Source of the DNA: an uncultured Acidobacteriota bacterium
GTDB lineage: Bacteria > Acidobacteriota > Terriglobia > Acidiferrales > UBA7541
Direction: 5' to 3'
DNA length: 64,000 nt
NCBI GenBank assembly: GCA_963759485.1
Contig: CAVWZE010000002.1
Span: 1,498,618-1,562,617 of the forward strand
A program made the translations under genes and the position numbers. Positions 59,470-64,000 of the stretch are shown here, piece by piece (the first letter of the stretch is position 1; each line of letters opens with the position of its first letter). The notes under the pieces are model-generated. The model ran no database searches, was not told where the DNA came from, and saw only the letters and a program-made list of their open reading frames with translations.

Positions 59470-60621
59470 TGTTCGGCCGTATACTCTGGAAACTGCTGCG
59501 CGGCAATCGCGGCCGCCTTGCCGTGGCACTTGTCGCAGTGGCCAGTGGCGCGACGGTAATCTCGGGACTTCTGAATCTTCAGTTCGACATGCGGGAAAAG
59601 CTGACGCACGAGTTTCGCCTGTTGGGCGCAAATCTGGTTATTTCCCGCGGCGGGACGTCGGGGGCGGGCGGTGGCGCCGTGGGCACGCCGGGTTCGCCAG
59701 CTTTGATGGATCAAGGCGCCGTGCTGAATCAACTCCAGCGGCTGCAGACGCCCGATGTGGTGGGCGCCGCGCCGTTTCTGTATATTGTGGCCCGCAATCA
59801 AGATACTCCCGTGGTGGTGGCCGGCACCTGGCTCGACCAGCTTCCGAAACTCGATCCTACGTGGAAGATTGATGGCCAATGGATCGCGTCGCGCGAGGAT
59901 GACGCGCAGTGCATCATCGGCCGCAACGCCGCCCGGCAGTTTCATTTTTCTCCCGGCGACAAGATCACGTTGAACTATCTCGGCCGCAGCGCAAGCTTTG
60001 AAATCGCGGGCGTGGTTGACGCTGGCGCCGCTGCGGACAATCAAGTTTTCGTAAGCCTTCTGGCAGCGCAGCAACTCGCCGCGACGGGCGCGCAAATCGA
60101 ATTGGTGCAGATGAGCGTAAGTGGCACGGCGGCGAGCATTGGCAGCCTACGCGGCGAAACTGGCGAGTTCCCTTCCCGGCTATGATGTGCGTCCCATCCG
60201 GCAGGTGACGGAAGCCGAGGGCAATCTGCTGCAGCGCACGCGGTTGCTGATCGCGTCGATGGTGGTGCTGATTCTGACGCTGACAGCGCTGTGCGTGCTG
60301 GCGACGATGGCCGCGCTCGCGATGGAGCGGCGTGAAGACGTCGGCTTGATGAAGGCGCTCGGTGGATCGATGGCGCGCATCGTGGGATTGTTTCTCGCCG
60401 AAGTGGGAGTGCTCGGTGCGGCGGGGGGGCTGATCGGCAGCATCGCGGGAATCGCACTGGCGCATTGGATGGGCGAGCGCGTCTTCGGCGCGTCCATTGC
60501 GGCGCGCTGGGAAGTTTTCCCGCTGACGATTGCGATGATGGTGATTGCGTCGATGGCCGGTGCGCTGCCGCTGCGCGCGCTGGGAAAGGTGAAGCCCGCG
60601 GTAATTCTGCGCGGCGAATAA
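59466..60621 (+). pseudogene. Second FtsX/MacB-like ABC permease, apparent frameshift near 60120-60150
   Basis: MMFGRILWKLLRGNRGRLAVALVAV... in ORF 59097..60185 (ATG at 59466, ATGA overlap with the upstream stop) continues in ORF 60121..60621 (ERREDVGLMKALGGSMARIVGLFLAEV). Confidence 0.8.
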
Positions 60622-60630
60622 AGGACAATC

Positions 60631-61296
60631 TTGGCGCCACTGGTACAAATCGAGGATCTGCGCAAAGAGTTTGGGAGTGTTCGCGCGCTCGATGGAGTGT
60701 CGTTTGACGTGGACGCCGGGGAATGGATCGCGATCATGGGGCCTTCGGGCTCGGGCAAGACCACGCTGATAAATATTCTGGGCGGCCTGGACACGCCGAC
60801 CTCGGGACGCGCGCTGGTGGACGACACCGAGGTGGCGCGGCTGGACGAAAGCGGGCTCGCCAAATTTCGCGCGCAGAAAATCGGGTTTATCTTTCAGCAG
60901 TTTCACCTGGTTCCTTATCTGAGTGCGCTGGAAAACGTGATGCTGGCGCAGTATTTTCACAGCACCACGGATGAGACCGAGGCGCGGCAGGCGCTCGGGC
61001 GCGTGGGCCTCGCGGATCGCATCGAGCATTTGCCCGGTCAGCTTTCCGGCGGCGAACAGCAGCGCGTGGCTGTGGCGCGGGCGCTGATCAATCATCCGAA
61101 ACTGGTTCTCGCGGATGAGCCGACGGGAAATCTTGATGAAGCGAACGAGGAGATTGTTCTGCGACTGCTGCGCGAACTTCACTCGGAGGGCCACACGATT
61201 CTGATGGTCACGCACGCGCCGTCGATTGGCGCACTCGCCGACCGGCGGATCGATTTGGCCCATGGCCGACTGGCGCAGGTTGTGATCCGCGCTTGA
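60631..61296 (+). CDS. ABC transporter ATP-binding protein (MacB/LolD-like)
   Basis: GPSGSGKTTL, LSGGEQQRVAVARAL, LADEPTGNLD. Confidence 0.9.
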   Translation: MAPLVQIEDLRKEFGSVRALDGVSFDVDAGEWIAIMGPSGSGKTTLINILGGLDTPTSGRALVDDTEVARLDESGLAKFRAQKIGFIFQQFHLVPYLSALENVMLAQYFHSTTDETEARQALGRVGLADRIEHLPGQLSGGEQQRVAVARALINHPKLVLADEPTGNLDEANEEIVLRLLRELHSEGHTILMVTHAPSIGALADRRIDLAHGRLAQVVIRA

Positions 61297-61597
61297 GGAG
61301 TCCCATTCAACCCCTTCGCAATAGTGTCGAGTAGAGTGTGCGCCGATCCTTTGTTTTGAATGACTTGCGTCACATTCTACTCGGCTCGTTGTGTCGAGTA
61401 GACTGGGGAGGACTCGAGCGGCTTCACGAGGCGCGGCGCCCGCTAGGAGAGGGCGCACTGCGAGCCCCCCAGGCCGGAGCCGCTTTTCTTCGCCGCCACA
61501 ATCCATGGTTCTCATCGTCACGGGCTCAGACTAGCAAACAGATGACAAACGCAAGGAAGAAAAGCCTGTGGACTCCTGTGTGGGCTAACTCTAGTGA

Positions 61598-61984
61598 TTA
61601 CGAGCCGGCGAGGAATTTGTATTGGTCGGCGGTGAGAGGGACGACGGAGAGGCGTCCTTGGCGGACTAAAGGCGAGTCGGAGAATAGCTTGTTGGCTTTG
61701 ATTTGCGCGAGGGTGATTGGCTTTGGTAGCGGCTTCCCTGTTTTGATTTTCACTTCGGGGTTTTTCGGGTTTGAAGCATCAACCGAGACGACTGTCGCGG
61801 TGCCTACTGCGCTTTTGCGGTCGCCCGTTTCGTAAATCACGAGTTTCGCGCCCGGCTGCATTTCGCGCAGGTTCCGTAGGGCAACTGGATTCGAGACGCC
61901 GTCCCAGACTGTGGTGCCGTCACGCTGAAGGTCCTCGAAGGAATAGGCGGAAGCTTCGGTTTTTAGCAGGTAGCTGTTGGCCAT
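61598..61984 (-). CDS. EVE (PUA-like) domain protein
   Basis: ORF 61598..62014, start MANSYLLKTE at 61984. WDGVSNPVALRNLREMQPGAKLVIYETG. Confidence 0.75.
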   Translation of the reverse strand: MANSYLLKTEASAYSFEDLQRDGTTVWDGVSNPVALRNLREMQPGAKLVIYETGDRKSAVGTATVVSVDASNPKNPEVKIKTGKPLPKPITLAQIKANKLFSDSPLVRQGRLSVVPLTADQYKFLAGS

Positions 61985-62337
61985 GGCGATAGCCTCCGTA
62001 GGAAGAAAGACCATTCTACACGGCGGAGAAGCTCTTTCTAAGCTACACGCTGATTTGGTCTCGATCGAAGAGAGATCCCTCTGCTGCGCGTCCCGGCCTT
62101 AGCGTAAAGGCAAAGGCGCGGGACACTCCACTCGGAGTGACGGCGCGAGACAGAACTGCGAACTGCACAGCCCGCGCGGGCTATGCTCCCTTACTTGCTG
62201 AGGGCAGGCAGAGGGACGAAACGCGAACGGGCGCCGCTGATTCTTTGTCGCATCGGTTTCGGACTCGTCAAAAGAGCCGCATTGGCGTGTGACCAACGAC
62301 TGCGGATAAGAGGCAGCGGTGTATAATTGTGTTCCCC

Positions 62338-63171
62338 ATGCAACGGATCGGAAGAGTTTTTCCATTGATGGTGGCGCTGGCGCTTCCTGCGTCGGGCCTC
62401 GCGCGAAATATTCGGACAGCCGCGCTAAATGGTGCTGTGGACTCAATGAATAGCTGCCCGACGAGGTCGCTGCTGCTGAATTTCGACGTTTATCGGGGTG
62501 GGCAGGCTGTTCGGCAGGTGCCGATCTGGCGGCTGCAGAACGACGCAGCTTTTTTCTTTACGTCCAGCCTGACGATTGACGCTGACGGAGCGCCGAACGC
62601 CTACAATCCGGAAGACACTGGGTTGGACGACCTTTCTAACGCAGGGCAACCGGGCCATTGGGACGGCATCATTGCCGACGAGGGAGGAAATCCGGTGGTT
62701 CAAGGGCCTAATGACCCGTTCCCTGGATACTACATTTCCTGCACGGCGCTTTCGGATTGGACGAAAGAGCGCGTCGATCCTACACGATATGTGAATGCTT
62801 CGAAGATCCGTTACATCGCGCTGCCCGAAGAATTGGCCCACGAAGCGGGCGCGCGGTTGGGGGATTTGGCGGTTGTGGTGAACACGCGAAGCGGCAGGTC
62901 CGCGTACGCAATTTTCGCGGACATCGGCAGGCTTGGGGAGGGTTCGATTGCGCTTGCGGATAATCTGGGAATCTGGTCGGATGCGCGCCGCGGCGGGAGA
63001 TGGGGCGGCATTCTGTACCTGGTGTTTCCAGGCTCGGGCGAGCATCGACCGATGTCACTTGAAGAGATCAACGAGCGGACCGAAACGCTATTCCACGAGT
63101 GGGGCGGCATCGAACACGTCCGTTCCTGCGCGGACCCCGCACCCCAGGACCCACCGTTCCGGTTTGAATAG
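62338..63171 (+). CDS. Secreted glycoside hydrolase family 75-like protein (chitosanase-like)
   Basis: Signal peptide MQRIGRVFPLMVALALPASGLA. TIDADGAPNAYNP, IRYIALP, GDLAVVVN...SAYAIFADIG..GEGSIALADNLGI as in GH75. Confidence 0.65.
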   Translation: MQRIGRVFPLMVALALPASGLARNIRTAALNGAVDSMNSCPTRSLLLNFDVYRGGQAVRQVPIWRLQNDAAFFFTSSLTIDADGAPNAYNPEDTGLDDLSNAGQPGHWDGIIADEGGNPVVQGPNDPFPGYYISCTALSDWTKERVDPTRYVNASKIRYIALPEELAHEAGARLGDLAVVVNTRSGRSAYAIFADIGRLGEGSIALADNLGIWSDARRGGRWGGILYLVFPGSGEHRPMSLEEINERTETLFHEWGGIEHVRSCADPAPQDPPFRFE

Positions 63172-63350
63172 AGCTCGGTGGCTCTGGTGAGACATCCTCC
63201 GGTTTTGTCGCTAGTGGAGGAACGGGGGGCTGCTGGCGATCCAAGAGAGATTCTTCGACGGATCTCCCGGCGCTTCGCGCAAAACAAAAGGCGCGGGACA
63301 GTCTGCTCAGAATGACAGCCTACACTTCTCCCTTTGCTAGAATAATCTGA

Positions 63351-63743
63351 ATGCCGATACCGATTGATCCGCGGAAGAAGCCGGTGGACGTAAAAGTGTA
63401 CGTGTCCACGGGCGAGGGCGTGGCGGTTACCTGGTCCGATGGGCACACGAGCCGCTACGATTTTCCCTACTTGCGCGAGAACTGCCCCTGCGCGACATGC
63501 AACGATGAACGCGCGAAGAAGGAAGCCGATCCGAAAGCGGCGGCCGCTGCGGCGGTGCTGCCGATGTACAAGCCGCGCGTGACGGCTAAAGCAGCCAAGG
63601 CCGTTGGCAATTACGCAATTCAGATCGAGTTCTCCGACACACACACAACAGGAATCTATAGCTTCGCTTGCCTGCGGGAGCTTTGCCCTTGCGATGAATG
63701 CGAGAGAGAGTTTCGCGCGACGGAAAAGAAGCGCGCTTCGTAG
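63351..63743 (+). CDS. DUF971 (gamma-butyrobetaine hydroxylase-like N-terminal) domain protein
   Basis: VAVTWSDGHTSRYDFPYLRENCPCATC...YAIQIEFSDTHTTGIYSFACLRELCPCDEC. Confidence 0.75.
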   Translation: MPIPIDPRKKPVDVKVYVSTGEGVAVTWSDGHTSRYDFPYLRENCPCATCNDERAKKEADPKAAAAAAVLPMYKPRVTAKAAKAVGNYAIQIEFSDTHTTGIYSFACLRELCPCDECEREFRATEKKRAS

Positions 63744-63773
63744 CGCTAGGACTTCCCCTTCCAGCGAGGTGGG

Positions 63774-64000
63774 CTACTTTGGGGCGAACCAGTGCCAGGC
63801 CAGCCAGACGACCGGGCTGGCGAGAATCAAGCTATCGATGCGATCCAGCATCCCGCCATGCCCTGGCAAAAGCGTGCCAGAATCCTTCACGGAAGCGGCG
63901 CGCTTATAGGCCGACTTGATCAAATCTCCCATTTGACCGGCGATGTTTGCGAGCCCCGCGACAGCCGTGAGGGTAACGACGCTCACTTGCGTCCAACGCG
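63774..64000 (-). CDS. cdsA: Phosphatidate cytidylyltransferase (partial; 5' end outside window)
   Basis: C-terminal KDSGTLLPGHGGMLDRIDSLILASPV motif. The reading frame stays open to the window edge. Confidence 0.8.
   Translation of the reverse strand, partial: RWTQVSVVTLTAVAGLANIAGQMGDLIKSAYKRAASVKDSGTLLPGHGGMLDRIDSLILASPVVWLAWHWFAPK

Noticed and set aside
57481-61521. Several long minus-strand ORFs (407, 338, 518, 227, 199 aa) across the FTR1/FtsX/ABC cluster
   Set aside because: All are Arg/Pro/His-rich and antisense to recognisable transporter genes. No motifs.

Overview
High-GC bacterial chromosomal segment. The protein sequences look Acidobacteria-like, but that is inference only. Most of the window is ordinary backbone:
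- scpB-scpA, a SAM methyltransferase, trpS and a LytTR response regulator
- NUDIX and polX
- ilvB-ilvN, preceded by a branched-chain-rich leader peptide and an attenuator hairpin
- three tandem stand-alone PilZ genes
- pfkB-family kinase, MTAP and an MBL hydrolase
- a polytopic-membrane/spermidine-synthase-like fusion
- two more PilZ-type proteins, then meaB and phoH
- a fluoride-riboswitch-like leader with crcB and three DUF190 domains
- hpf and truA
- two TlpA-type redoxins, TetR, SDR, NUDIX, a DPP III-like peptidase and VOC proteins
- the rimP-nusA-infB-DUF503-rbfA-truB operon
- an FTR1/DUF2318/FtsX/FtsX/ABC iron-uptake-type cluster
- an EVE-domain protein, a GH75-like hydrolase, DUF971 and the end of cdsA

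Two regions stand out.
1. A ~13.4 kb island (21876-35259) lies upstream of the 5' end of tRNA-Lys(UUU) and is bounded by 37-bp direct repeats. It encodes an integrase, a primase-polymerase/NTPase, HTH regulators, a terminase, an HK97-type capsid and a prohead protease. I found no portal, tail or lysis genes, so it is either a phage-satellite-like element or a decayed prophage.
2. An orphan 1023-aa secretin (53688-56759) has a seven-repeat FG-GAP/VCBS block inserted inside its secretin domain.

Major caveat: I see about 20 apparent frameshifts, clustered at 1.85-4.32 kb (including the essential trpS) and in the island. Two sit at clear G/C runs (C5 and C4 on the plus strand) and a third lies next to an A6 run. 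Many 'pseudogenes' may therefore be sequence or assembly errors.
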